This document shows, one piece after another, positions 1 to 10,783 of a stretch of 64,000 bases of DNA. A program made the translations under genes and the position numbers. The first letter of the stretch is position 1, and every line of letters starts with the position of its first letter. Under the pieces are notes generated by a model that was not told the origin of the DNA, ran no database searches, and worked only from the letters and a program-made list of their open reading frames with translations. The DNA is from Cyclobacteriaceae bacterium (GTDB lineage: Bacteria; Bacteroidota; Bacteroidia; Cytophagales; Cyclobacteriaceae): contig DASUGQ010000118.1 of the NCBI GenBank assembly GCA_036273935.1, positions 4,474-68,473 on the forward strand, in the 5' to 3' direction.

Positions 1-1878
1 ATTTTTCTTACGGTCATACATCACGAGCCCAAGGTTTGTGGACAACCAAATGTTTTTATTATGGTCTTCCTGAATTCCATGTATGGTGTTATTCGGGAGG
101 CCTTCTCGTTCGGTGAAGTGTTGAATGCGATAGGGTTTGTTCTTTAAGAAGATCCGGTCTAATCCGCCGCTTGAACCTACCCATAGTTCTTCCTGGTTGT
201 CGATATACAAGCTCAGTACGTCGTTATTAATAAGACTTGTTTTTTCATTGACAGCAGCCTGAATATTTACTTCGATCTGTTTGGTGAGCGTGTTGTATTT
301 GTATACGCCAGCACCGCGGGTTGAAAACCACAACAGGTTTGGTTTTTCTTCAATAATACTGTAAACAATATCGCTGCGGATCGATGTGCTAGCATTTTTT
401 ATTTTGTGAGAGATCTGATCGAACTCCAAAAGTCTGTATCTGCGACCTGCTTTCGCTACTTTCATATGGATAACACCATATCCACTTGTCCCCAGCCAGA
501 TATCGCCGAATGCGTCAACGCAAATAGAATAGATATTCGCAAATGTTACTCCAGGAGGATTTTCAAAATCTCTTGGGAAATGATAGATTCTTCCGCTCGC
601 CGACTCCACCATGTCGACGCCCTCGCCGTCAGCGCCGACCCAGATGTTACCTTTCAGATCTTTTTTGATAGACAGTACGGCATCATTGCTCAAACCATTT
701 CTGGAATTTAGTATGCGCGTTTGTTTTTTTACGGGATCGATGATGTTCAATCCACCGCCACGTGTTCCAATGAACAATGTTCCATCCTCGTCTTCGTAAA
801 TGGAACGTACTATACTGTGCGAGATTTGTCCTGCGTCGGATGGTCCTTCCGCTATTGAATAAAATGTTTTAGGGCGTGTCAGGAATTTGTATACGCCATC
901 TCCATCGGTTCCTACCCACACAATATCCTGTTTTGTTTCCTGGATGCTGAGAATTTTTATTCTCGATCTCGATAATGACGGAAAGTACGAGTTCATCGAC
1001 AATAAAGAAAAGGAATCACCTTCTGGTACGATTTTCATAATGTCACCCGATTCGGATCCGAGCCAGGCATATGTCCCCGAAAGGCTCTCTGAAAGAGAAG
1101 AAACAATTTTGTCGCCGAGTTTTAAGACTGCCGGTGCTTTCTCAGCATCAGATACGTCATATAGAAGGAGTTCTTTTTTTTCGTTCGCAATGGCCAGATA
1201 CGTTTTTGAACCAAGTTTAAGGAAACGATGAAAACGCAGCGCGTCATTATCGACGAGCTTTTTATTAAACACGACGCGATTGTCAACCGCGCATACCAAT
1301 CTGCCATCGCTTCCGAGCAGATAGAGGAATCCGTTTTGTTCACTTAAGTCCGCGACAGAAGTAAACCATTCAGAGCCCAGCCCCTTAAATTCAACCGGCA
1401 CAAACTGGTCATTGTTTGCGGAATACCGGCTTATACCTTTTCCAATAAGACTTGTCCAGATCTGCCCATCGGGACCAATGCACGCACGGATATTATTTTC
1501 AAGAAGTGGTATGTCGGGAATACTGTCGAGATAAGCGTGAAAATAATTCTTGATTCTGTCATAACGGTTAATACCAATGTGTGTCACCACCCAGAGATCC
1601 CCTTGTTTATCCTCCAAAAAATTCCGGACCACGTTGTTGCTGATAGTTCCCTTTTGAAAGGGATCAGGCTTATACAATTTAATAGTGTTGCCGTCATATC
1701 TGTTCAATCCATCCCAGGTGCCGAGCCAGACATAATCATATTTGTCCATGTACACAGACGTGATGGCGCTGTTCGAAAGCTTTGCTGCCTTGTCCACATG
1801 CTGAAAGGGCCATGGCGAGATGCTATCACCCGGCGAAAGGTTACCAAACAACGATATGACTAGAGCGAAGCAGGTCAT
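1..1878 (-). CDS. Periplasmic-sensor protein with two-component-regulator beta-propeller repeats. It is probably the N-terminal part of a hybrid two-component or AraC-type PUL regulator, and it is truncated by the window edge.
   Basis: Hand translation from the ATG at 1878 gives an uninterrupted frame to position 1, and this ORF is not in the supplied track. It shows repeated motifs typical of Reg_prop repeats, such as 'YDYVWLGTWDGLNRYDG', 'IVWVGTDGDGVYKF', 'GTLFIGTRGGGLNIID', 'GNIWVGADGEGV', 'LWVGSSGGLDRI' and 'NIWLSTNLGLVMYD'. It is divergent from the GH130 PUL. Confidence 0.7.
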   Translation of the reverse strand, partial: MTCFALVISLFGNLSPGDSISPWPFQHVDKAAKLSNSAITSVYMDKYDYVWLGTWDGLNRYDGNTIKLYKPDPFQKGTISNNVVRNFLEDKQGDLWVVTHIGINRYDRIKNYFHAYLDSIPDIPLLENNIRACIGPDGQIWTSLIGKGISRYSANNDQFVPVEFKGLGSEWFTSVADLSEQNGFLYLLGSDGRLVCAVDNRVVFNKKLVDNDALRFHRFLKLGSKTYLAIANEKKELLLYDVSDAEKAPAVLKLGDKIVSSLSESLSGTYAWLGSESGDIMKIVPEGDSFSLLSMNSYFPSLSRSRIKILSIQETKQDIVWVGTDGDGVYKFLTRPKTFYSIAEGPSDAGQISHSIVRSIYEDEDGTLFIGTRGGGLNIIDPVKKQTRILNSRNGLSNDAVLSIKKDLKGNIWVGADGEGVDMVESASGRIYHFPRDFENPPGVTFANIYSICVDAFGDIWLGTSGYGVIHMKVAKAGRRYRLLEFDQISHKIKNASTSIRSDIVYSIIEEKPNLLWFSTRGAGVYKYNTLTKQIEVNIQAAVNEKTSLINNDVLSLYIDNQEELWVGSSGGLDRIFLKNKPYRIQHFTEREGLPNNTIHGIQEDHNKNIWLSTNLGLVMYDRKKN

Positions 1879-2058
1879 AGAATCTACTATGCAAACGTAA
1901 CCAATCCTAATTTATGAAACTTATTTAGTTTGTCCACTCTATGCTAATGTGTCTACCCAGTTCTTAAAACCACAAAAAAATATAACCATCAGTACAAATT
2001 AGAGTCCCTGCCGGACAGCTAAACATGATCAAGTAGTGAAATTGCATTTTGCAATCGA

Positions 2059-3135
2059 ATGTTTAACAGCGCTATGCAAAAAATCACGACCACGGACCTT
2101 ACGAAACGCTTTTTGAAGAATCCGATCCTTCGGCCGGCAGATCTGAGGCCAAGCAGGGAGGATATGAACATAGAGTGTCTCCTAAATCCCGGTGTTTTTA
2201 CTTTTGATGATAAGATCTGGCTATTGATCCGTGTAGCTGAACGCCCGCGACAAAAGCCCGGATATCTAAGTACTCCACTATATAACGAGTCTGGCCAAAT
2301 TGAAATTCTGCATTTTGACAAAAACGACCCGGCCCTTGACCTCACAGATCCGCGAATAATAAATTATAAAGGGCAGGATTACCTCACGACGCTTTCACAT
2401 TTGCGACTCGTGTGCAGTGACGATGGAATAACCTTTCACGAACCCGCAGGATTCAACCCGATTTATGGATCGGATCCGCTTGAGGCTTATGGAATTGAGG
2501 ATTGTCGCGTGGTCGAAATAGACCACCTATATAACCTGACATACACCATGGTCTCTGCAAATGGTGTAGGCGTCGGCCTGCAGCAAACACGCGACTGGAA
2601 AACTTTCACGCACCGCGGAATGATTTTCCCACCGCATAATAAAGACTGTGCAATCTTTGAAGGAAAGGTGGACGATTATTATTACGCACTTCATCGTCCT
2701 AGTAGTCCTTACCTCGGAGGTAATTACATCTGGCTTTCAGAATCACCTGATCTTATTCACTGGGGGAATCACAAATGTATTGCTAGGACGAGAGAGGGCA
2801 TGTGGGACAGTGCACGCGTTGGAGCTGGTGCAGCACCGATCCGGACTTCCGAAGGATGGCTCGCCATTTATCATGGTGCAGATGCAAACCATCGCTATTG
2901 CCTCGGAGCACTCCTGCTCGATTTGAAGAATCCATCCAGGGTTATTGCGCGCAGCAACGATCCAATCATGGAACCATCCGCGGAGTATGAGTTGAGAGGC
3001 TTCTTCGGAAATGTGGTTTTTACAAATGGTCACATTGTGCAGGGTGACAAGACCTTGCTGTATTACGGAGCTAGCGACGAAGTAATCTGCGGAGCGGAAT
3101 TATCACTCGAAAAAATATTAAGTACCCTTAGTTAA
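2059..3135 (+). CDS. GH130-family glycoside phosphorylase/glycosidase (beta-mannoside phosphorylase-like), cytoplasmic
   Basis: 358-aa ORF with no signal peptide. Its overall pattern ('LLNPGVFTFDDKIWLLIRVAE', 'IEDCRVVEID', 'YYGASDEVICGAE') fits the DUF377/GH130 five-bladed propeller family. It is the first gene of the PUL. An alternative start is at 2074. Confidence 0.8.
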   Translation: MFNSAMQKITTTDLTKRFLKNPILRPADLRPSREDMNIECLLNPGVFTFDDKIWLLIRVAERPRQKPGYLSTPLYNESGQIEILHFDKNDPALDLTDPRIINYKGQDYLTTLSHLRLVCSDDGITFHEPAGFNPIYGSDPLEAYGIEDCRVVEIDHLYNLTYTMVSANGVGVGLQQTRDWKTFTHRGMIFPPHNKDCAIFEGKVDDYYYALHRPSSPYLGGNYIWLSESPDLIHWGNHKCIARTREGMWDSARVGAGAAPIRTSEGWLAIYHGADANHRYCLGALLLDLKNPSRVIARSNDPIMEPSAEYELRGFFGNVVFTNGHIVQGDKTLLYYGASDEVICGAELSLEKILSTLS

Positions 3136-3161
3136 GTCAGATTTATTACAAATTATAAAAA

Positions 3162-4433
3162 ATGGCAATAGCATTAACATCGATCTTAAGAAAACCGCTG
3201 GCGGAGTATGACTTCTTCCTGACCATGCCACGCGACACGCGGGTTCTGCTTGTAACCAACATGATCTACGCTTTTGTGTTGCCGGTAATCGAAATCTTCG
3301 TAGGTGCTTATATCATGCGAACGTCAAATGATCCGGCAATAGTAGCATTATATCAACTCACTGTCTATACGGGAATACCACTTACGTTTTTAATTAACGG
3401 GTTCCTGCTTAATTATATCAAGATATCGCGGCTCTACAGTTTTGGGATGTTACTAAGCGGTCTCTCCATGCTGATTATGATGAGTCTTGAAAATTTATCC
3501 GTAGTAGGAGTTGGTATTGCAGGCATATTGATGGGTGGTTCATTCGGATTTTTCTGGGCGAACCGAGACGTGCTTGCACTAAACACAACTTCAGACGCTA
3601 ACCGTAATTATTACTACGGGCTTGAGACGTTCTTCTATACTATGACATTCATTATCGTTCCTGTTATTATCGGAACTTTCATTGCCGAAGCAGACAAGGC
3701 GGATTGGTTTGGTGGAAACATTAACGTTGCCTATAAAATCGTTACGGGAATTGTTTTCCTCCTTACGATTCTCTCCAGTATTGTTGTTCACAAAGGACAT
3801 TTTCGTAATCCGGCAAGTAAGAAATTTTTATACTTGAAATTCCATTCGCTTTGGAAAAAAATGCTTGGCTTGGCATGTCTGAAGGGAATAACACAAGGCT
3901 ACCTGGTCACCGCTCCTGCAATTCTCATCATGCGGATGGTGGGCAACGAAGGCGCGCTTGGGTTGGCGCAAGGTATAAGCGGTGTTGCTACTGCTATTAT
4001 GCTTTACGTTCTGGGAAGGACAACCAAACCCGAACATCGCATATACGTCTTCGCCACCGGGCTTTCGATATTTTTGATCGGTTCCCTTTCCAACGCGATT
4101 TTATTTTCTGCGCTAGGCGTACTTCTCTTCGTGTTGAGTAAAGTGCTTTTTCAGCCGTTGCATGACATCGCATACTTTCCGATTCAAATGCGTGTAATCG
4201 ATGTGGTTTCAAAAATCGAGCAACGAAATGAGTTCACATACATTTTTAACCATGAGTTTGGATTGTATGTGGGCAGGTTCTTTGGACTTGGACTTTTTAT
4301 TGTTCTGGCAACCTACGTTTCCGAAGAGTTCGCCCTGAAGTACTCGCTCGTTGTGATTGCCGTGTTGCAAATGGCTTCAATCCCGGTTGCGCGCCATATC
4401 GTTTCCGTCGCGAATAAACTTGATCCTCGATGA
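3162..4433 (+). CDS. MFS-type inner-membrane sugar transporter
   Basis: 423 aa and very hydrophobic, with about 12 predicted helices. It lies between GH130 and the downstream lipoprotein, and its stop overlaps the next start (ATGA). Confidence 0.7.
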   Translation: MAIALTSILRKPLAEYDFFLTMPRDTRVLLVTNMIYAFVLPVIEIFVGAYIMRTSNDPAIVALYQLTVYTGIPLTFLINGFLLNYIKISRLYSFGMLLSGLSMLIMMSLENLSVVGVGIAGILMGGSFGFFWANRDVLALNTTSDANRNYYYGLETFFYTMTFIIVPVIIGTFIAEADKADWFGGNINVAYKIVTGIVFLLTILSSIVVHKGHFRNPASKKFLYLKFHSLWKKMLGLACLKGITQGYLVTAPAILIMRMVGNEGALGLAQGISGVATAIMLYVLGRTTKPEHRIYVFATGLSIFLIGSLSNAILFSALGVLLFVLSKVLFQPLHDIAYFPIQMRVIDVVSKIEQRNEFTYIFNHEFGLYVGRFFGLGLFIVLATYVSEEFALKYSLVVIAVLQMASIPVARHIVSVANKLDPR

Positions 4434-6154
4434 AAACCCTTTTTTCCATATTGTTGTTGATCGTTGTGTTCTCATCGTGTGAACGCAAGGAGAAAGTGCA
4501 GCAAATCATAATTGACCGGATTGCAAAGATGCCGGATCATCCTTCTCCTTATAAGATGACTGACTGGTATGAGAAGGCTCATCACTTTGATCAGTATGTT
4601 TTTAATCCGGAGTTGAAAGGAGATTTTTTTCCTTTGATCTGGATTGATAGTGCGAAACGCAATTTCAAACAGAACACCTTGGGCATGTACACCGTGATCG
4701 GTGACGTCCGTCAGGGGCCAAAGGGAAGCCCTGAATTTCATGAAGCAATATGTGCAATGGGTTCGATCATGAGCGCGGGGCTTGTGGGCATAGATAAAAC
4801 CAATCAAAATGGCGTGAACTATGTTCTGATGCTGCAGAACTATTTCAATTCTGAAAGCGGATGGAACATCATGATGAACAACACCAATCCGAAAGTTGCA
4901 ATGCTTGGAGGTGGGTATGGCCGCGACTGGTGGTATGATGTTTTTCCGAATGTACTGTACTATGCAATCTGCGATTTAAACCGGAGAGTTCCACGTGCAG
5001 ATAGTCTTCAGCGGATCATTGCTGAACAATTTTACAAAGCAGATTCAGTGCTTCACGGTAATTATGACTATTCCTATTTTGACTACAGCAAATTGCAGGG
5101 AATGTCGAATCAGATCCCTCATCAACAGGATGTTGCTGCCGGTCATGCATATGTGATGTTATGCGCTTACGAAAAATTTGGCGATGAGCGTTACCTGAAG
5201 GGCGCGAAATCAGCAATGGACGCTTTTGTGAATCAAAAAGAAAGCAGGTTCTATGAAGTGCTTATGCCATTCGGTGCGTTGGTAGCATCGAGGCTAAACG
5301 CTGAGCATGGAACGCACTACGATGTTAAAAAAATTCTGGACTGGACATTTGAAGGCTGCAAAGCCAAGGACGGACGCACCGGTTGGGGTGTGATCGCTGA
5401 ACGCTGGGGCGACTACGATGTGTACGGTTTGCAGGGAAGCATCACGGATGGCGGAGGATATGCATTCCTCATGAACTCATTTGACCTAGCCTGGCCGTTA
5501 GTTCCAATGGCCAAATACGACACACGTTTTGCAAATGCAGTTGGAAAATGGATGCTCAATCTGACAAACGCTGCACGGCTCTTCTACCCATACGAAATCG
5601 ATGACCAGCATCAATGGCTTGCATCTAAAAAGGATATCACCAAAAATGTTATAGCATACGAAGGAATTCGAAAGGCGGATGATTACCTGCGTGATGATCT
5701 GAAAGGCGTGACACCGGTTGCCATAGGTGATGGCCCTAAATGGACCAAAGGACAACCGGATATTTCGATGTTCAGTCTCTACAGTTCGGCTCAGGTTGGA
5801 ATACTGGGTTCTATTGTCAGAACGACAAATGTTGACCAGATTCTTCAACTCAACTGCAATGCGACTGATTTCTATGGTGCCAACGCTTTCCCGACATACT
5901 TGTATTACAATCCTTACGATTCAGCGAAGAGCGTTTGTTTCAATAAACCAGATAAAAATGATGTTGACTTGTACGATGCGATCACACAGGAAGCTCTGGT
6001 TCGTCATGCGGGAGAGGAGAGTTGTTTCGACATACCAGGCAAATCATCGAGGGTGCTCGTTGTAGTACCTGCTGATATGGATATCGATAAAAACGGTGGC
6101 AAATATTTGCTTAATGATAAAGAAGTAGCCTACAGACAATCTGATGAACGTTAA
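4430..6154 (+). CDS. Lipoprotein, uncharacterised glycan-active-enzyme-like protein (paralog of the N-terminal half of 11937-15032)
   Basis: It has a lipobox signal 'LLLIVVFSSC'. It shares the blocks MPDxPSPY, G[IV]DKTNQNG, DWWYD..PNV, P[MV]AKYD.RFA...KW.LN..NA.RL.YP and FPT[YF]L.YNPY with the 11937 gene. Confidence 0.6.
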   Translation: MKTLFSILLLIVVFSSCERKEKVQQIIIDRIAKMPDHPSPYKMTDWYEKAHHFDQYVFNPELKGDFFPLIWIDSAKRNFKQNTLGMYTVIGDVRQGPKGSPEFHEAICAMGSIMSAGLVGIDKTNQNGVNYVLMLQNYFNSESGWNIMMNNTNPKVAMLGGGYGRDWWYDVFPNVLYYAICDLNRRVPRADSLQRIIAEQFYKADSVLHGNYDYSYFDYSKLQGMSNQIPHQQDVAAGHAYVMLCAYEKFGDERYLKGAKSAMDAFVNQKESRFYEVLMPFGALVASRLNAEHGTHYDVKKILDWTFEGCKAKDGRTGWGVIAERWGDYDVYGLQGSITDGGGYAFLMNSFDLAWPLVPMAKYDTRFANAVGKWMLNLTNAARLFYPYEIDDQHQWLASKKDITKNVIAYEGIRKADDYLRDDLKGVTPVAIGDGPKWTKGQPDISMFSLYSSAQVGILGSIVRTTNVDQILQLNCNATDFYGANAFPTYLYYNPYDSAKSVCFNKPDKNDVDLYDAITQEALVRHAGEESCFDIPGKSSRVLVVVPADMDIDKNGGKYLLNDKEVAYRQSDER

Positions 6155-6165
6155 ACCCCAAATCT

Positions 6166-9100
6166 GTGAAAAAACTATTACTATGCATTTCAATTCTTTT
6201 GCTCACGTGCTCGTTGGGTGCCGTGGCTCAAGGAGTCATTAAAGGTTCCGTCAAAAGCACAACAGGTGACGGACTGGTGGGTGCAAGTGTGTTGCTCAAG
6301 GGCACTGCGCAAGGTACCGTAGTGGATATCGACGGAAATTTCCAGCTGCAGGTGGATGCAAGCGCGAAAAGTTCCTCCCTGGTCATTTCTTTTATTGGCT
6401 ATGTTACTCAAGAAATTCCGATCGGTGAACGGACACAGTTTGATGTTGTCCTCGAGGAGGACTTAACAACTCTGGGCGAGGTGGTTGTCACCGGGTATAC
6501 GGCACAGAGCAAGGAGAAAATTACTGGTGCGATCGCCGCTGTTCCGGAAGAATTGCTGACAAAACTTCCGGTTCCAGGTATAGACCAGGCGTTGCAAGGC
6601 CGCGCTCCCGGAGTAGTGGTGTCTCAGAATACGGGTGCTCCGGGTGAAGGTGTTTCCGTACGAATCCGCGGTGTAGGATCGATCAACAGTGGTAATAATC
6701 CACTTTACATCATTGATGGTATTCCAACACTGGATATGACCGGTTTTTCAACCAATGACATTGAGAACATTAGCGTACTTAAAGATGCGAGCGCGTCTGC
6801 CGTCTACGGTGCACGTGCTGCAAATGGCGTGGTTATTATTACTACCAAGAAAGGGCTCTCAACGGAACCACGCATTCAGGTTAATACGCAGTTCGGTGTG
6901 CAGCAAGCAAGTCGTCTTATTAAAATGACCGATGCAACGGAGTATGCAACTATCTATAATGAGGCTGCAAACAACGATAATGCAGGAAAGACTAATCCAT
7001 TATTTTTCCGCAAGCTTATTACAGAAGATATTTTGGCCGCGTCTGACAACGTCGATTACATTGATGCCATCATGCACGACGGTTTGCTCCAGTCTCACAA
7101 TATTTCAATTTCAGGAGGCAATGAAAAAACACAGTATTTCATTTCCGCCAACTACTTCGACCAGGAAGGTATAATAAAAAGCAGCGACTATAATCGGGTG
7201 AGTGGAAGAATGAACATCAGCTCTCAGGTGAAAGACTGGCTGCGCACAGGGGTTAATCTGAATATCGCGCAGTCAACCATGAACATCATTGGAAGCTCTG
7301 GTGATGGTGCTGGTGGTAACGGGGGCAGCGTTATTCGGTATGCATTTTTCCGGACACCGAACATCCCCATCTATGATGCGAACGGTGAATTCACTGATAA
7401 ACCAGAACGCTTCGATCTTTTTGGTGATGGCTACAGTCCGGTAGGTATGTTGGCGTATAATAACAACAAACGCCTTGGTAATCAGGTCTTCGGTAAGTTC
7501 TTTATTGATCTTACCCCAATCAAAGACTTCAAGTTCACGTCTAACTTTGGTATTGATATCAATCACCAGAATCAGCGGCGGTTTGATCGTAACTGGGGCA
7601 CCGAAAATCGGATCAATAATCCTAATCAACTCTCCGTATGGGAGAACACCAATCAGGCATACACGTTTTCCAACTTTGCAACTTATGAGAAAGACTTCGG
7701 AGTAAACCACTTCACCTTCCTCCTGGGTACAGAAGCGATTCAGGTGAAGTATTATGAAGTATTTGCGAATGAAAGAAGTTTCCCCGATCAGGATCCGAAC
7801 CTTGTTTATCTCGGGAATGGATTGGGACTTCGCAATAATCAGGAAAGCAAAGGCGGCAATACATTACTGTCATTCTTTGGTAAGATAGACTACGACTTTA
7901 ATGGAAAGTATGTTGCCTCTGTCACCGGAAGACGGGATGGATCTTCGCGCTTCGGTCCTGAGAACCGATGGGGAAATTTTTATGCAGGGTCCGTTGGTTG
8001 GAGAGTCGACCGCGAGGATTTTTTGATGGAGAGTAAAGTTATCGACAAATTGTTTTTGCGAGTCGCTTATGGTTCGATCGGTAATCAGGAAATCCAGAGT
8101 TACGCATATACCGATAAAATCAGTTCTGGCTACAATTATCCATTTGGAAATACTAAGGCATCAGGTTACGCAGTATCAGACCTTGGCAACTCGAGGATCA
8201 AATGGGAGACCAGTAATCAATTGAATGCCGGTGTCGATGTTCAGGTACTGAATGGAAGCCTTTCTGTCACTTTGGATTATTTCAATAAGATTACCGACGA
8301 CTTACTGATCAAACAACCCATTGCAAGTTCGGCAGGAAAAGCTGAGTGGCCATGGGTAAACAATGGGAAAATTTTGAATAGTGGATTTGAAGCTGCAATA
8401 ACCTATGCAAATCACATTGGTGATTTTAAATACAATATTAACCTCAATGGAGCTACGCTGCACAATGAAGTGCTTGAAGTTGATGCTCCAATTCCGGGCG
8501 GTGCCATTGGTTCAGATAAGATCACAATGACCGAGAAAGGGTATCCAATCGGATCATTTTACCTCTACGAAATGGAAGGCATATTTCAGGATGATGCACA
8601 AATATTCACACACGCCACTCAGGGAAAGCAAGGAAGCATCAAACCCGGCGATGTGATGTTTAAGGATCAGAATGGTGATTACAACATCGACGGCAGTGAC
8701 CGCACACATGTGGGAAGCCCGATTCCCAAGTTCACGACCGGCCTAAACGTTTCTATGGCTTACAAGAATTTTGACCTGTCACTTTTCTTCCAGGGAGCGT
8801 ATGGTCAAAAAATATTTTCAGTATTGAATCGTGACATCGAAGGATTTTACCGGGCATTCAATGTAACGCAACGGTATTATGACAATCGCTGGACTGGTCC
8901 AGGTACGTCGAACACCTATCCGCGCGCATCATGGGATGCCTCCGGGAACAACACCAAGTACTCTACTCGCTTTTTGGAAGATGGTAGTTACACACGCCTC
9001 AAGAACGTGCAATTAGGTTGCACATTACCCAAGGATTTAATTACCAGACTTCACTTGGTCTCTTTCAGAATTTACATCTCTGGTACGAACCTGTTAACAT

Positions 9101-9240
9101 TCACACAGTACTCCGGCATGGATCCGGAAATGACGACTAGTGACAACGCGAAGACTGAAGGCGACCGCGCCTCAGGAATGGATTGGGGAACATATCCATC
9201 TGCAAAGTCCTATAACATAGGGGTTAACCTCACTTTCTAA
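6166..9240 (+). CDS. susC: SusC-type TonB-dependent outer-membrane transporter
   Basis: 1024 aa with a GTG start and a signal peptide. It has a CarboxypepD_reg-like N-terminus ('IKGSVKSTTGDGLVGASVLLKG'), a plug ('NPLYIIDGIP') and a C-terminal 'YNIGVNLTF'. A SusD gene follows directly. Confidence 0.9.
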   Translation: MKKLLLCISILLLTCSLGAVAQGVIKGSVKSTTGDGLVGASVLLKGTAQGTVVDIDGNFQLQVDASAKSSSLVISFIGYVTQEIPIGERTQFDVVLEEDLTTLGEVVVTGYTAQSKEKITGAIAAVPEELLTKLPVPGIDQALQGRAPGVVVSQNTGAPGEGVSVRIRGVGSINSGNNPLYIIDGIPTLDMTGFSTNDIENISVLKDASASAVYGARAANGVVIITTKKGLSTEPRIQVNTQFGVQQASRLIKMTDATEYATIYNEAANNDNAGKTNPLFFRKLITEDILAASDNVDYIDAIMHDGLLQSHNISISGGNEKTQYFISANYFDQEGIIKSSDYNRVSGRMNISSQVKDWLRTGVNLNIAQSTMNIIGSSGDGAGGNGGSVIRYAFFRTPNIPIYDANGEFTDKPERFDLFGDGYSPVGMLAYNNNKRLGNQVFGKFFIDLTPIKDFKFTSNFGIDINHQNQRRFDRNWGTENRINNPNQLSVWENTNQAYTFSNFATYEKDFGVNHFTFLLGTEAIQVKYYEVFANERSFPDQDPNLVYLGNGLGLRNNQESKGGNTLLSFFGKIDYDFNGKYVASVTGRRDGSSRFGPENRWGNFYAGSVGWRVDREDFLMESKVIDKLFLRVAYGSIGNQEIQSYAYTDKISSGYNYPFGNTKASGYAVSDLGNSRIKWETSNQLNAGVDVQVLNGSLSVTLDYFNKITDDLLIKQPIASSAGKAEWPWVNNGKILNSGFEAAITYANHIGDFKYNINLNGATLHNEVLEVDAPIPGGAIGSDKITMTEKGYPIGSFYLYEMEGIFQDDAQIFTHATQGKQGSIKPGDVMFKDQNGDYNIDGSDRTHVGSPIPKFTTGLNVSMAYKNFDLSLFFQGAYGQKIFSVLNRDIEGFYRAFNVTQRYYDNRWTGPGTSNTYPRASWDASGNNTKYSTRFLEDGSYTRLKNVQLGCTLPKDLITRLHLVSFRIYISGTNLLTFTQYSGMDPEMTTSDNAKTEGDRASGMDWGTYPSAKSYNIGVNLTF

Positions 9241-9245
9241 CATTG

Positions 9246-10730
9246 ATGAACATGAAAAATATATATACAATTCTTCTTTCCATATCATTGGTTGTTGTAA
9301 ATGGTTGCTCTGACTTCCTTGAAGAGGACCTGATTGGAAAATATTCAAATTCGACATTCTACAAAACAGAAGCGCACGCACTCCTGGCCCTGACTGCCAT
9401 TTATAACAATGTCGCCTTTGTAAACACTGATAACTGTCTTTGGGTTTTTGGTGATGTTGTCTCGGACGACGCCGTAAAAGGAGGTTCACCTGGTGATCAG
9501 AACGACATTCAATTCCTGGATGAATTTAATTACTCACGAAATAATGGCTTCCTTGAAAAATACTGGAAACATTACTACGAGGGTATCTCACGTGCTAACT
9601 ATCTGCTTTACTATGGTCCAGATATCGTCATGGACGAAAATCTCAAGAGCCGCATTCTTGGCGAAGCAAAATTCCTGCGTGCGTACCAGTACTTCATTCT
9701 GGTTAATACATTTGGAGAAATACCGTTGAAAACCAATCCACCATTAAATTCCGACGAGATCAATAAACCAGTCTCTTCAGTTTCCGCGATTTATGATCAG
9801 ATTGAGAAAGACCTCGAAGAAGCTGCCTCAGTTCTAAGTGTGTCTTACACGGGGTCGGACGTTGGTCGCGCTACAAAAGGTGCTGCTTATGGACTACTTG
9901 CAAAAGCACATTTGTATCAGGAAGAATGGGATCAGACATTAAGTGCAATTGAATCACTTGAATCTCTGGGCATCTATTCACTTGTGCCCGTCTATAAAAA
10001 CAACTTTATAGATTCGACCCAGAACAACGGTGAATCAATATTTGAAATACAACACCTGAGTGGTCAATCACCAAAGCTTGGCAGTCATTTGAATCAATGG
10101 CTTGGACCATTCAAATACAACGGGTACGGATTCGACGCGCCACTCCAGGACTTCGTTGATGAGTTTGAAACGACAGATGGTAGTGTAGTTGATCCACGCT
10201 TGGACTACACAGTCGGAAGAGCCGGTCAACCCTGGATTGATGGAACGCCATTCGATCCAAACCAGTCATCTACTGGATTTCTCCAACGTAAACATGAGCA
10301 GCCGAAAAATGAAGAACCAGTCATTGGTGATGCAAGTCTCAACTATGTGTACATGCGATATGCCGACATATTGCTGATGAAAGCGGAAGCGCTGAATGAA
10401 AGTGGCAACACAGCAGCAGCATTGGAGCCGCTTAACGCAGTACGCAAGCGGGCACGCGAAAGTTACTTAAACGATGTTGATCTGCCTGGATATGGAGTAG
10501 TGCCTGATGGCCTACTGCCTGATGTTACAGGAACGCAATCTGATGTTCGTGATGCGATCCGCCATGAACGCAGAGTGGAACTCGGTTTTGAATTCCACCG
10601 GTTCTTTGATTTGATGCGCTATGGTAAGGCGTATGCAGAAGATGCATTGAAGGACACCGGGTTTAGTTATGATGAAAATCGCTACTTCCTGATTCCTCAA
10701 TCTGAACTGGATACAAATCCATCTATATGA
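9246..10730 (+). CDS. susD: SusD/RagB-family outer-membrane glycan-binding lipoprotein
   Basis: It has the lipobox 'VVVNGC' and typical SusD blocks ('RAYQYFILVNTFGEIP', 'MRYADILLMKAEA', 'AIRHERRVELGFEFHRFFDLMR'). The start could be 9246 or 9252. Confidence 0.9.
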   Translation: MNMKNIYTILLSISLVVVNGCSDFLEEDLIGKYSNSTFYKTEAHALLALTAIYNNVAFVNTDNCLWVFGDVVSDDAVKGGSPGDQNDIQFLDEFNYSRNNGFLEKYWKHYYEGISRANYLLYYGPDIVMDENLKSRILGEAKFLRAYQYFILVNTFGEIPLKTNPPLNSDEINKPVSSVSAIYDQIEKDLEEAASVLSVSYTGSDVGRATKGAAYGLLAKAHLYQEEWDQTLSAIESLESLGIYSLVPVYKNNFIDSTQNNGESIFEIQHLSGQSPKLGSHLNQWLGPFKYNGYGFDAPLQDFVDEFETTDGSVVDPRLDYTVGRAGQPWIDGTPFDPNQSSTGFLQRKHEQPKNEEPVIGDASLNYVYMRYADILLMKAEALNESGNTAAALEPLNAVRKRARESYLNDVDLPGYGVVPDGLLPDVTGTQSDVRDAIRHERRVELGFEFHRFFDLMRYGKAYAEDALKDTGFSYDENRYFLIPQSELDTNPSI

Positions 10731-10783
10731 CTAAAATGAACTATAAAAAATGAATAATTAATTAACCTTTAACTTTTATTTCT